Part shown: positions 18,019 to 28,476 of the stretch, one piece after another
Layout: each line of letters starts with the position of its first letter
How positions within the stretch are numbered: the first letter of the stretch is position 1
Sequence record: SRR31156797_9699
Strand: one strand, 5' to 3'
DNA: 43,863 nt
Program-made: the position numbers and the translations under genes
The notes under the pieces: model-generated
The model's input: the letters and a program-made list of their open reading frames with translations, nothing else
Databases searched by the model: none
Told to the model about the DNA's origin: nothing

Positions 18019-18049
18019 TGCCCACCCTCGAAATTTGAACGATTGTCGG

Positions 18050-18973
18050 TCATTGCCGGGGATATGGACAACTGGACCGGGTTTTCCAACGTTTGTGAAA
18101 CCAGAACCACTGTTCCGGATACCAATAAATGTATTTATTAATGATACGGTTGAAGCACGCCGTATTCTCTTCCGTATCGGAAAGTTTGCTTCCGGAACGG
18201 ATCAAATCCACCTCTTTTTCAAACACCACGCGGTACCTGCCGTCGGGCTGCCGGGCACTGAACACGGGAATCACCGGGGTCCCCGTTTTCATGGCAATCA
18301 ACGCCAGGCCCTTATTGGTACAGGCCGTTTGACCTAAGAAAGGAACGAATACCCCCTCGTACCAATCCACATTTTGATCCAGCAGAATACCCATGACCTT
18401 GTTTTTCCGGGTGCCCATCAACAGTTTTTTCATGGCCTTTTTCTTGGGAATGATTTCAGTGCCGAACCGGGTCCGCAATCGCATCAACAAATCTTCCACC
18501 GGTGCAAAATCCGCAGGGCGTGCCACCGCGATGCCGCTGGTTTGAAACCGCAGGGTAATTGCCGCCGACATGAGTTCCCAGTTTCCGAAATGACCCGTGA
18601 GGATAAAGCACCCTTTTCCCTTGGCCAAAGCCTCGGCCAAGACCTCTCCGTTTTCGAAATAGATATATCGATGCAGATTATTTAAATTCAACTTAAAAAT
18701 ATGCGGCACTTCAAACAACATTTGAGCGAAATGCAGCACAACACGGCGATTCAGTCTTCTCAGCTCTTTTTCCGACATTCGATCGCCAAAAACCTTTTCC
18801 AGGCCATTCAAAGACGATTTCATGGGCCCCACAGCCGCGATCCCCAGAAAACGCCCCAGCATACGGCCAAAGGATTGTCCCACGCGGATGGGGATAAGCC
18901 CCAGAATGGCTACCAGTGAGTTGAGGATATGGGATATGAGGGCCAATAATATTTCATTTTTTTCTAAACGCAT
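18050..18973 (-). CDS. lpxL: Lipid A late acyltransferase (LpxL/HtrB family)
   Basis: GHFGNWE, LLDQN, PEQWFWFHKRWK. Confidence 0.85.
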   Translation of the reverse strand: MRLEKNEILLALISHILNSLVAILGLIPIRVGQSFGRMLGRFLGIAAVGPMKSSLNGLEKVFGDRMSEKELRRLNRRVVLHFAQMLFEVPHIFKLNLNNLHRYIYFENGEVLAEALAKGKGCFILTGHFGNWELMSAAITLRFQTSGIAVARPADFAPVEDLLMRLRTRFGTEIIPKKKAMKKLLMGTRKNKVMGILLDQNVDWYEGVFVPFLGQTACTNKGLALIAMKTGTPVIPVFSARQPDGRYRVVFEKEVDLIRSGSKLSDTEENTACFNRIINKYIYWYPEQWFWFHKRWKTRSSCPYPRQ

Positions 18974-20051
18974 TCTCTATCATCCTGAAAACCCCTTCCT
19001 GCCCCGGCAAAAAGGAAAATTGAATACACAAATATGCGACCCCTGAACATTCGGGCCAGATATGCCCCATTCTCATCCAGTCCTTTTCCGTGGTCAGGAT
19101 GTATTGGGCCTCTGTCCGGGATTTCAACCGGACAAGGCGGTCAAGATCATCCTTCTTGTAACCATAATGGTCTTTAAATCCACAAAAGGCGACCACCCGG
19201 GCGCCCAGTGCTTCCAAAGTCTCGCGAAACACCCCGGGGTTCCCGATTCCGGCGAAAGCCACCACCCGCTTTTCATTTAACCCTTTGGGAGAATCAACCC
19301 GGCCCAGGCGGGGAAAGATAACCCTGTCCGGCATGTGATCCGCGCAAAATACGGGGATATCCGGATGGTTTTCTTTCAAAAACGCCAACGTGCCATCTCC
19401 GCCGTCATGCTTAAACCGCGTCAGGATAAAAGCATCCGCCCGTGCCAACTGGTCCAAGGGCTCCCTCAACGGTCCCCGGGGAAGAAGGTGGCCATTCCCA
19501 AAGGGGTCTGAGCCATCCATCAGCACCAGATTCAAATCCCGTGCCAACTGCATATGTTGAAACCCGTCATCAATGAAAAAAAGATCGGATGCAAATTTTT
19601 CATGGGCATACATCCCCGCCCGATAACGCTGTCTGGACAATACCACGGGACTTCCCGGAACCTTCCCGGCCAGCAGCAAGGGTTCATCCCCGGCCAGCCG
19701 GGAATCTGCGTAAATCCGCTCCCCATCGGATACCTCCAGCACGCGACTTTTGTACTCCCCCCCATATCCCCTTGAAATGATGGCTACCCGGAACTTCTCG
19801 GACAATGCCCATTTTGCCAGTGCGGCAACCGCCGGGGTTTTACCCGTACCGCCGGCGGTAAGATTCCCCACGCTCACCACCAACCCCGGTAACTTTTTTT
19901 GCTTCAAGATCCCCAGACCGTATGCCGCATAACGAAGCCTTTGTGCAAGGCCATACAACAATGAAAACAGCGCCAATACAGGCGTATAAAACTTGATGGA
20001 TCTCTCCCGGTGAATGGATGACCAGTCTGTCTTACGCAAAAATCCCCCCAT
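18954..20051 (-). CDS. lpxK: Tetraacyldisaccharide 4'-kinase
   Basis: SVGNLTAGGTGKTP, SRGYGG, GDEP, DDGFQH, LPRGPLREP, TTEKD. Confidence 0.95.
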   Translation of the reverse strand: MGGFLRKTDWSSIHRERSIKFYTPVLALFSLLYGLAQRLRYAAYGLGILKQKKLPGLVVSVGNLTAGGTGKTPAVAALAKWALSEKFRVAIISRGYGGEYKSRVLEVSDGERIYADSRLAGDEPLLLAGKVPGSPVVLSRQRYRAGMYAHEKFASDLFFIDDGFQHMQLARDLNLVLMDGSDPFGNGHLLPRGPLREPLDQLARADAFILTRFKHDGGDGTLAFLKENHPDIPVFCADHMPDRVIFPRLGRVDSPKGLNEKRVVAFAGIGNPGVFRETLEALGARVVAFCGFKDHYGYKKDDLDRLVRLKSRTEAQYILTTEKDWMRMGHIWPECSGVAYLCIQFSFLPGQEGVFRMIENAFRKK

Positions 20052-20064
20052 GGTCCGACGTCAT

Positions 20065-21330
20065 TTATCCCCTTGCCATGTTTTGGGCAACATACCCCAC
20101 AACCCGGCTCAAAGCGCCCCGGTTTTCAAACACAAAGGCTTTGGCCCGGTCCCCCATGCGCCTGCGCAATCCCGAATTGGACAGAAGGCGTTTCATGGCA
20201 TCGTGAAGTTCCGTGCCACCCTGAACCCGCAGGGCACCGCCGGCCCTCAGAATCGATTCCGACATAAATTCAAAATTATGGGTATGGGGGCCGAACAGGA
20301 CCGGGACACCGAAAGCGGCTGGTTCCAGCAGGTTATGGCCGCCGATGGGAACAAAGCTTCCCCCCACAAAGGCCACGCTGCCCAGGGCATAGACCTGCCC
20401 CAACTCACCCACCGTATCGAGAACCAGAACATCATAGGGATGGCTTTTCGTTGAAACCGTCGTTCTCAGCGCCGGAGCCATGCCTTGAGAGCTAATCATT
20501 TTCGAAATCTCGCGGGCTCTCTCCACATCCCTGGGGGCGATCACCAACCGCAACAGGGGAAACTTCCGTTTCAGGTCCTGAAACGCCCGCAAAATCACCG
20601 CTTCTTCGCCTTCGTGAGTGCTGCCGGCCACCCAGATCAGCATTTCCGGTTTCAATCCAAGGGTTTCCAGCCAACGCCTTTTTTCGCCCATATCCATGGT
20701 GACCATTTCACGGTCAAATTTGATATTGCCCGCGGTGATGACCTTTTTTCGGTCCATTCCCAGCTGCAGCAGCCGGTCCCGATCCAGATCCGTCTGCATG
20801 AGGCAGTATGCCAAAGGCGCAAACATACGCCTGATTACAGCCGGCGCCTTTTGGTAGGATTTCAGGGTACGGGGGGAGATGCGCCCATTCACCAGAAGGC
20901 TCCCGACACCTTTCCGCTTCAAAAAATCCAAGAGACCGGGCCACAAATCCGTTTCAACCAGAATAAATACAGAGGGGTTCACATGATTTATGACGCGCCC
21001 CATGCACCACCAGGCATCCACCGGCAAGGTCAGGATGCACGCGACCCGACCTGAGAGTTTTTCCTTTGCCAGGGCCATTCCACTTCGGGTGGTCACGGAA
21101 AAAACGATCTCTTTTTCAGGGAACGCCACCTTCAGCCGCTCCAGCAGGGGAATGGCCGATAGTACCTCCCCCACCGAAAGGGCGTGAACCCAGAGATTGC
21201 CATTTTTTATCAGACCTTTCGGCAAGTTCAACGCAAGCCGCTCCCTTAAGCGCCGGCTTCCTGAAAAATAAGCGGGCACAAGGAAAAAAACCAGCGGAAA
21301 ACTCCACAGAAAATGATATAAAAACATCAT
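20065..21330 (-). CDS. waaA: 3-deoxy-D-manno-octulosonic acid transferase
   Basis: WVHALSVGE, ETDLWP, GNIKFD, AGSTH.GEE, GGHNLLEPA. Confidence 0.95.
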   Translation of the reverse strand: MMFLYHFLWSFPLVFFLVPAYFSGSRRLRERLALNLPKGLIKNGNLWVHALSVGEVLSAIPLLERLKVAFPEKEIVFSVTTRSGMALAKEKLSGRVACILTLPVDAWWCMGRVINHVNPSVFILVETDLWPGLLDFLKRKGVGSLLVNGRISPRTLKSYQKAPAVIRRMFAPLAYCLMQTDLDRDRLLQLGMDRKKVITAGNIKFDREMVTMDMGEKRRWLETLGLKPEMLIWVAGSTHEGEEAVILRAFQDLKRKFPLLRLVIAPRDVERAREISKMISSQGMAPALRTTVSTKSHPYDVLVLDTVGELGQVYALGSVAFVGGSFVPIGGHNLLEPAAFGVPVLFGPHTHNFEFMSESILRAGGALRVQGGTELHDAMKRLLSNSGLRRRMGDRAKAFVFENRGALSRVVGYVAQNMARG

Positions 21331-21352
21331 GTGATATCAGTCCATACGCGAA

Positions 21353-23584
21353 TCATGTCCGGGTTGGAAGTTCGATCACAAATTTCGTTCCCGTGGGGTG
21401 ATTGTCCTTCACCCGGATAAACCCGTCATGATCCGTAATAATCGTGTTGACGATGGCAAGTCCCAGACCTGTACCATGTTTTTTGGTGGAAAAATAGGGC
21501 TCAAACAAGCGGGCCTTGTTCCGGGAATCAATCCCCCGGCCGTTATCCGCCACCTCGATCCGAACCATTCTCAAAACACTGTCATAGGCCAGATCAATCA
21601 CCACCTCCCCCTGCCCTTCAATGGCCTCGATGGCGTTATCCAGCAAGTTGATCATCACACGTTTTATCTGCTCCCGGTCCAGGTTGAAGGTGGGTGCCCT
21701 CCCTGAACGGTTGAACATAAAGGAAATGTTTTTTCGCGCTTCCTTGTAAAGCGTCAAGGACTCTTCGATAATTTCGCCGATATCCGAGGGTGCCGGATTG
21801 GCTGCGGGCATACGGGCAAAATTGGAAAACTCATTAACGAGATGTTTCAACTCATCCACCTGGGTAATAATCATACCGGTACACTCGTGAAATACTTTTG
21901 CATCCTCATCACTCAACATCTCACCGTACCGTTTTTTCAGCCGTTGGGCTGAAAGCTGAATGGGCGTCAACGGATTTTTCACCTCGTGGGCGATACGCCT
22001 CGCCACCTCCCGCCATGCGGCCATCCGTTGCGCTTTTTCAATCTCGGTCAGATCCTCTAAAACAGCCACCAGCCCCAGATACTGTCCCCCTTCATCCTGA
22101 AGCACATTCAGAGAGACCAACAATGTCAATTGCCGATTTCCAGCCGATATGCGGATCTGTTTATTCATAAAACCTTTTCGAAGAAGCCCATCATCCCGGA
22201 TGAAGGCATCAACAATTTTTTTGTTTTCATGGGACAGGATCCCTTTATAATTCTTTCCAATGATCCTTTCCGCCTTTATGTTCAGCATCCTTTCCGCTGA
22301 CTTGTTAATGGTGAGGATCCGACCCCTTGCATCAGCGGACACCACTCCGGCGGCCACATTGGCCAGGACAATCTCCATATACAGCCGACGTTGTTCAAGC
22401 TCCAGATTGCTTGCCACCAACTCCTGATTGGCTGACTCCAACCGGTTCTTTCCGGTCTTTAAATCCATGGTCATTCGATTGAAGGAATTCACCAGCAGAC
22501 CCATCTCATCTTTCGTTTCCAGATCGATAAAAAAGTCGTAATCACCTGATGCAATGCGATTGGTCGCCTCGGCCAGTTCGTTGATGGGAACAGTGACCTC
22601 CTTGGAGATATAAAAACCAAACCACACGGACGTAAAGATGATCAACAGGGTTACGATGGACAGGGTAATCATGTGACTGGCCTTAATGGGGGTCTTGAGC
22701 ATCTTGAGCTGCCGGTATTCCTGGAGACCCTTTGAAATGGCATGCAGCCGATTCACAAAGGATCCGGGAACAAAACGTGTCAGCACCAGCACCCCCACCA
22801 CGGCCTTGGAAGCGGTTCGGGAAAATATGGGCACAACCCCCCCCACGAGATCACCGTGCGGCGATGATTGTATAAATTGACCATCCGTCCCTTTCAAAAT
22901 CGCAATATCCAGAACGCTCCTGGCGGGATCCTTGAAAGTGGTCAGATCAATGCGGTGATCCTTTGAAACCGACAACATTTCCAGCTCTTTGGAAAAAATC
23001 TTTAAAGATGCGAGCCCGAATTCCTTTCTTTTTTCATCGGTGAATCTTTCAAGGTCCTCTTTTTTGTTGGGAATTAAAAAACCCTCATAGGTAATCACCC
23101 GGCTTATCACGTTGCCGAAAGAGAGCATTTCATCCGTGATTCCGTTGTAGTGGTCCTGCCCCACCTCCAGTGAGGACTTGAGGGACCTTTCAATCTGCAG
23201 GTTAAACCAATAGTCTATGGATGAAGAGATAAACTGTGCCGAAACAAAGAAGAGAATAATGGTGGGCAAAAGGGAAAGGGTCACAAAAGCCAGCACCAGT
23301 TTCGTCCTGAGCCTGGCCCCCATGATCCCTTTTTTCCGCTCAAACAACAGTTTGACCAGGTTCCTCACCGTGAGGAAAAGCAACAATAGAAGCAAAATCA
23401 CATTGATGTTGATGAGGGCGAACGCGATAATACTGCTGGAAAAAGGGAGGGCATGTCCAAGATGAAATACACGCATGCTCACATAGATCAAAAAAGAGAT
23501 CGTCAAACACAAAAAAGCAATCACATAACGTTCTCTGCGACGTCTTTTCAGATCATTTAATTCAGCTAAGAGGTAATCTTTCAT
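21353..23584 (-). CDS. NtrY-like membrane sensor histidine kinase (HAMP-PAS-HisKA-HATPase)
   Basis: AAWREVARRIAHEVKNPLTPIQLSAQRL H-box, N/G boxes, LRTKLV..F after the TM helices. Alternative start 23605. Confidence 0.9.
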   Translation of the reverse strand: MKDYLLAELNDLKRRRRERYVIAFLCLTISFLIYVSMRVFHLGHALPFSSSIIAFALININVILLLLLLFLTVRNLVKLLFERKKGIMGARLRTKLVLAFVTLSLLPTIILFFVSAQFISSSIDYWFNLQIERSLKSSLEVGQDHYNGITDEMLSFGNVISRVITYEGFLIPNKKEDLERFTDEKRKEFGLASLKIFSKELEMLSVSKDHRIDLTTFKDPARSVLDIAILKGTDGQFIQSSPHGDLVGGVVPIFSRTASKAVVGVLVLTRFVPGSFVNRLHAISKGLQEYRQLKMLKTPIKASHMITLSIVTLLIIFTSVWFGFYISKEVTVPINELAEATNRIASGDYDFFIDLETKDEMGLLVNSFNRMTMDLKTGKNRLESANQELVASNLELEQRRLYMEIVLANVAAGVVSADARGRILTINKSAERMLNIKAERIIGKNYKGILSHENKKIVDAFIRDDGLLRKGFMNKQIRISAGNRQLTLLVSLNVLQDEGGQYLGLVAVLEDLTEIEKAQRMAAWREVARRIAHEVKNPLTPIQLSAQRLKKRYGEMLSDEDAKVFHECTGMIITQVDELKHLVNEFSNFARMPAANPAPSDIGEIIEESLTLYKEARKNISFMFNRSGRAPTFNLDREQIKRVMINLLDNAIEAIEGQGEVVIDLAYDSVLRMVRIEVADNGRGIDSRNKARLFEPYFSTKKHGTGLGLAIVNTIITDHDGFIRVKDNHPTGTKFVIELPTRT

Positions 23585-23704
23585 GGCACACAACAGGGGA
23601 TACAAATTTCCGGCGAAAAACGGCCTCTAATAAGAGATGCGCGGTTTCCCGGACAAAATCCATGGTGCTTCATATATACGGGCAGGACTGATATGCGCGG
23701 CACC

Positions 23705-24334
23705 TCAGTATCTGAAATCCACCGAATACCAGTCTGTCTCAAAATCCCACAAAGAAAGGAAAAAAAAGACATAATGAAAATAGAAGGGCAGCTTGATGGT
23801 GTCGAGTTCTGCCATCATATTGATCTGATATCGATTTCCTCGATGAAGATTCCGAAGTTCAGTGACTTTCAGCCCCACGATTTCAGCCATCAGCCTTTTG
23901 GCCTGTTCAAAATCTTTGGCGAGAACGACCTTGTCCTTTTCGGTGGACAGCCTCACTTCGTAGACTTTTTTCAGGCTGTCATATTTTATTTCATGGCTGA
24001 CCTTTAAATCGGCAATTTTCCTGTCCCACCACCAGTTCCGAACTTCATGTAAATTCACAAAAAAGGTGAAAGTGGTATTCACCCCATTATCAATGGCCTT
24101 TTTCATATTCTCGGTGAAACAATCCGTGACGGTAACATAGAGCAGTAGATGATCACGGGTGTTGGTGACCACAATATCCGTGAGCCTGGCATCCTCCGCC
24201 ATTGCAGGCTCCGTCAATAACGGTCCCATGCAGGCAAAAAAAAGCAATGCCCGCAAAAACACTCCGAGGCCTTTGTTAACAGTTGAAATAATCTTCATCT
24301 CCGGGGTTCCACACGGAAAAAGTATGGCAAACAT
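23705..24334 (-). CDS. DUF4390 domain exported protein
   Basis: Signal/TM segment, C-terminal LPFYFHYVFFFLSLWDFETDW, usual position upstream of ntrY. Start uncertain (24298 possible). Confidence 0.75.
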   Translation of the reverse strand: MFAILFPCGTPEMKIISTVNKGLGVFLRALLFFACMGPLLTEPAMAEDARLTDIVVTNTRDHLLLYVTVTDCFTENMKKAIDNGVNTTFTFFVNLHEVRNWWWDRKIADLKVSHEIKYDSLKKVYEVRLSTEKDKVVLAKDFEQAKRLMAEIVGLKVTELRNLHRGNRYQINMMAELDTIKLPFYFHYVFFFLSLWDFETDWYSVDFRY

Positions 24335-24493
24335 TCATGGCTAAAGCGTTATAATAAGCTTGCAACAATTACAAAATTTGAATGGAAGATAATAAGGTAG
24401 CATCCGGGAAAATGCAAGGCATATCCCCGGCAATTCTTTTTTGGTGCAGGGTAGCGGGATACGGGACAACCATGGGCATCATTAAAAAAACAC

Positions 24494-24533
24494 AAAAAAG
24501 CCGCCCTTTAACTTACGGTGTCAAAAGAGCGGC
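24494..24533 (-). terminator. Intrinsic terminator after lpxC
   Basis: Minus strand GCCGCTCTTT...AAAGGGCGGC followed by T6. Confidence 0.75.
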
Positions 24534-24569
24534 CGAATTATACCAAAATGGACTGCTTTGTTTATGGGG

Positions 24570-25499
24570 TCACACGGGGGAAAGTTCCGGCAAACCGAAA
24601 GCCGGAATGGTGAGACTGTTTTTCGTGCATTCCTCGGGGGTAACAAACGTCAACACCTTCCAGTGCTTTTTGGATGCCATCAGTTTCGTCAACATCTTCT
24701 GGTTCAGGAAATGGCCGGATTTTTTCACAACAAAATGACCGATGACGGGAGACCGGGATAAAGAGAGATCCCCGATAAAGTCAAGGATTTTATGTCTGAC
24801 AAACTCATCTTTGTACCTGAGGCCATCCTCGTTCAAAATCCTGAAATCATCGATGACAACGGCATTGTCAAGGGATCCTCCCCTGGCAAACCCGTTCGCT
24901 TTCAGGGTTTGAACATCCTTTAGAAACCCAAAGGTTCTGGCCCGACTGATTTCACGAATAAAATCACCCCCTGAAAAGCATAATTCGTATTCCTGATTCC
25001 TCAGTAACGGATGTTGAAAATCGATCATATAACTGATTTTCAGTTCCTTGGAAGGGTACACATGAATCGACCGTTTGCCATCATCCAGTTTAAAGGGTTT
25101 TTTGACCACGATAAACCGTTTCGGTTCTTGCTGCTCTTCTATGCCGGCACTCTTGAGAAGGTAGACAAAGGGCGCTGAGCTACCGTCCATAATGGGCACT
25201 TCAGGTCCATCCAGTTCCACCTGGGCGTTATCAATACCCAAACCGTAAAATGCGGCCATGAGATGTTCAATGGTTGATACGCGACATCCATTGGAGCCGA
25301 TACTTGTGGCCAGGGTCGTATCAAATACGTTGTCAAAACGGGCATCAATCACCGAATGCCCGGCCAGATCCGTTCTTACAAACCGTATCCCCGAACCGCA
25401 CGGGGCGGGCTTGATATTAATTTCTATTTTTTCACCTGAATGAAGGCCCAATCCGGTACAACCAACATCTTCCTTCAACGTGCGTTGTTTGAAATCCAC
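24570..25499 (-). CDS. lpxC: UDP-3-O-acyl-N-acetylglucosamine deacetylase
   Basis: GLGLHSG, TIEHLMAA, EVPIMDGS, ARTFGF, HKILDFIGD. Confidence 0.97.
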   Translation of the reverse strand: MDFKQRTLKEDVGCTGLGLHSGEKIEINIKPAPCGSGIRFVRTDLAGHSVIDARFDNVFDTTLATSIGSNGCRVSTIEHLMAAFYGLGIDNAQVELDGPEVPIMDGSSAPFVYLLKSAGIEEQQEPKRFIVVKKPFKLDDGKRSIHVYPSKELKISYMIDFQHPLLRNQEYELCFSGGDFIREISRARTFGFLKDVQTLKANGFARGGSLDNAVVIDDFRILNEDGLRYKDEFVRHKILDFIGDLSLSRSPVIGHFVVKKSGHFLNQKMLTKLMASKKHWKVLTFVTPEECTKNSLTIPAFGLPELSPV

Positions 25500-25561
25500 A
25501 GGTTTCTCCTCAATGACAGCAGAGCTGTTCGCCCAACTCTTTTACATACGCAAGGCTAACA

Positions 25562-25577
25562 AGCAAATTGTATACCA
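25562..25577 (-). promoter_or_regulatory. Sigma54 (-24/-12) promoter upstream of lpxC
   Basis: TGGTATACAATTTGCT = GG-N10-GC. Confidence 0.7.
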
Positions 25578-25697
25578 TAAATAAAGCGCCCCCCCCAAAT
25601 AATACGCTTCGTCACTTATATGGCTGATTTTACGCAGCTTGTTAATTGCTCAGGTTTCGGATGGCCATTTACGTGTCGATGGCCGCGAGAAATTGAC

Positions 25698-25715
25698 TGT
25701 GGCAAAAAAACCACA
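25698..25715. promoter_or_regulatory. Candidate enhancer (bEBP) binding site
   Basis: Palindrome TGTGG-N8-CCACA about 120-140 bp upstream of the -24 element. Confidence 0.45.
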
Positions 25716-25845
25716 TTCCCGGTTCGTTTCTTTCTAAAAGAAATTTTCATTTTTTCCCGGTCAAAATGAAATGTAATGGGCACTTTCTTGAAAAAAACGG
25801 CCATTTGTAATATGAAAAAGGAAACGCTACCCTTCCGAGGTAAGT

Positions 25846-27054
25846 ATGCGCAACCAAAATCCATTTTTCCTCAAAGTTTTTCTTCTAATAATTTTTCTGA
25901 CCTTTTTTGTCTGCCGTCCGGCAATCAAGAAAGACATCCAAATATTTGAAGAGACACTGGAACCGGTGAATTATTTTTATCCCACATTCATCGATGACAT
26001 GAATTGGGAATCGCTGGTATCCGCCCTATCCAACAACCAAGGCTATTTAAATAAGCTTGACCCTGAACAAATCTTCCATTACGGCCCTCATACATTTACC
26101 TGCCGCCAGGTAAAGGAAAGCCAAGAGGCGTTTCTGAATCTCATCAGAGAAAATCCAAACCCCGCCCGTCTGGAAAAAGCCATCAAGGAAAACTACCGGG
26201 TGTACCGTGCCACCGGACACAAGGGAGACGACCGGGTCCTTTTCACCGGATATTTTGAACCCCTCTATGATGCCAGCCTGACACCCGATGAAGCCTTCAG
26301 ATACCCTCTCTACAAAAAGCCTGAAAACCTGATAACAGCGGACCTTTCTCTTTTCAAGAAGGACCTTAAGGGCCGAAAAATCACCGGCAGAATTGAAGGG
26401 GGGCGGTTTTTGCCCTACTATTCCCGAAAAGAGATAGCGGCGGGAGCGCTTAGGGGAAAAAATCTTGAACTGGCCTGGTTGAAAAGCCCCGTGGACGTGG
26501 CCTTCCTCCACATTCAGGGATCCGGCCGACTCCGCCTGAAGGACGGCGGAACCCTCAATGTGGGTTACAGCACCTCCAATGGGCACAGCTACCGCAGCAT
26601 CGGCCGCTACCTGCTGGATAAGGGGCTCCTCACAAGAGAAGAAATGTCCATGCAGGCCATCAGACGGTATCTCTCGGAACACCCCGAAAATGTCCGGGAA
26701 ATCCTGAATTACAACCCTTCCTATATCTTTTTCAGGCCATTAAAAACCGGTCCCGTGGGCAACATCGGTGTTCCGCTGACCCCCGGCAGATCCCTGGCGC
26801 TGGATTCAAAACGTTTTCCCAAAGGCGCCCTGGCCTTTATCTCTTGCCGAAAACCGACCCTCGGTCCCAACGGGGAAATCATGGCATGGAACCGGTTTTC
26901 CCGTTTCGTCGTAAACCAGGATACCGGGGGCGCCATAAAGGGACCCGGCAGGGCCGACATCTTCTGGGGAAACGGCCCCTACGCCGAAACGGTTGCGGGA
27001 CACTTGAAGCATGAAGGGGAACTTTACATTTTGATCAAAAAATCGATGGACTGA
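25846..27054 (+). CDS. mltA: Membrane-bound lytic murein transglycosylase A
   Basis: FTGYFEP, LHIQGSG, NPSYIFF, QDTGGAIKGPGRADIFWG. Confidence 0.93.
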   Translation: MRNQNPFFLKVFLLIIFLTFFVCRPAIKKDIQIFEETLEPVNYFYPTFIDDMNWESLVSALSNNQGYLNKLDPEQIFHYGPHTFTCRQVKESQEAFLNLIRENPNPARLEKAIKENYRVYRATGHKGDDRVLFTGYFEPLYDASLTPDEAFRYPLYKKPENLITADLSLFKKDLKGRKITGRIEGGRFLPYYSRKEIAAGALRGKNLELAWLKSPVDVAFLHIQGSGRLRLKDGGTLNVGYSTSNGHSYRSIGRYLLDKGLLTREEMSMQAIRRYLSEHPENVREILNYNPSYIFFRPLKTGPVGNIGVPLTPGRSLALDSKRFPKGALAFISCRKPTLGPNGEIMAWNRFSRFVVNQDTGGAIKGPGRADIFWGNGPYAETVAGHLKHEGELYILIKKSMD

Positions 27055-27084
27055 AAATCGCTTCGGTATCCATTGGAATGATCG

Positions 27085-28476
27085 TTAGCCCTGAGCCACC
27101 ATCTCTTTAAGTAGTTCCGAAAGTATTTTCAGGCCCATTTCAGTTTGTTGCAAATTATCGGGACCGGATAGTGAAATTCTGACAGCTTGTTCACGTGGAA
27201 TAGTAATGGCAAAATTTTCAGAACAAAACACCTTTACACCACGGTTTAATGCTTCTCGTTCAAAACGCCGACCAGTAAGTGGTGGCGGCAGTCTTAACCA
27301 GACAAACAAACATCCGCAATATCCTAGATATTCATAATCAGTCAGATATTTTTCTACCAATTCGAATCTTAGTTTTGCCTCTTCAAATTTTTTTTCAATC
27401 AAGACATTCGCTGTTTTGCTATTAATCAGATGCATTGCAATTTGTGCACTCAAAGGCGATGCCATCCAGATAGTGCAAGCGATCGCCTTCAAAGCGTGTT
27501 GTCTTAATTCATCATTGGGAGTTAATAGATAAGCAATTTTTAAACCCGCCCAGAAAGATTTAGATAAACCGGAAATGTAAAACCCCTGATCAGGTACCCT
27601 TGAAAGCAAAGAACTATATCTTGTAGAATCATATACGCCACGGGAGTGACTCTCAATAACGGTAAGATGATAATGCTGAATAATTTTGGCTATCTCATCT
27701 TTTCTGTTTTCAGGCATTGTTATTGTTGTCGGATTCTGCATTACGCTCATAATATGAATTCCCAGAACTTTGTCTCTCCGACAGATGGTGTCAAGATGTT
27801 CCGGCACCATGCCGTTTTCATCCATATTAATCGGGACAAGCATAATACCCAGAAGACCTGCCAGGTTTTTCAAGAACGGATAAACAAAACAATTGACGGC
27901 AACCTTGGTACCTGCCCTGAAATAAGACAAACAACAGGTCATTGCATGATGCAAACCGGCACAAATCACAATGTCATCGGCTGAAGCCGCTATGCCCTGG
28001 TGTTCTAACCATTTAGCCCCGGCCAGCCTATGCTCGGGCCAGCCGGCATTATCGGTATAGGTCATTAATTTATTAAGTTTTTCCGAACCCAAACATTCCA
28101 TCAATGGTTCTGAAATATCCAGATCATTTTCAACGATTGGCAAAACCAGTCCCATTTCGATAACATCAGGCTGAAAAACAATCTTGTTATCGGAGACAGC
28201 CATGGTAGTAGATACAAAGGTTCCCCGCCCCGTAACGCCGGCGATTAACCGACGTCTTGCCGCTTCCCGATACCCTCGGCTAACAGTTGACAGATTTATC
28301 TGCAAATCATCTGCAAGATCCCGTTGGGTGGGCAATTTGTCACCCGGGGCAATCTCGCCGCTAAGAATCTTTTGTTCAATGGCATCGGCAATGCCCATAT
28401 AGGCAAGACAATTACCTTCGATATCATCTTTTGTAATCTTTACAATCATTTGGCCAATATAAATCTTGTTCCCCAT
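27085..28476 (-). CDS. MocR/GabR family regulator (GntR HTH plus aminotransferase-like domain)
   Basis: LPTQRDLA...STVSRGY...GRGTFV, QNPTT, GLSKS. Confidence 0.9.
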   Translation of the reverse strand: MGNKIYIGQMIVKITKDDIEGNCLAYMGIADAIEQKILSGEIAPGDKLPTQRDLADDLQINLSTVSRGYREAARRRLIAGVTGRGTFVSTTMAVSDNKIVFQPDVIEMGLVLPIVENDLDISEPLMECLGSEKLNKLMTYTDNAGWPEHRLAGAKWLEHQGIAASADDIVICAGLHHAMTCCLSYFRAGTKVAVNCFVYPFLKNLAGLLGIMLVPINMDENGMVPEHLDTICRRDKVLGIHIMSVMQNPTTITMPENRKDEIAKIIQHYHLTVIESHSRGVYDSTRYSSLLSRVPDQGFYISGLSKSFWAGLKIAYLLTPNDELRQHALKAIACTIWMASPLSAQIAMHLINSKTANVLIEKKFEEAKLRFELVEKYLTDYEYLGYCGCLFVWLRLPPPLTGRRFEREALNRGVKVFCSENFAITIPREQAVRISLSGPDNLQQTEMGLKILSELLKEMVAQG

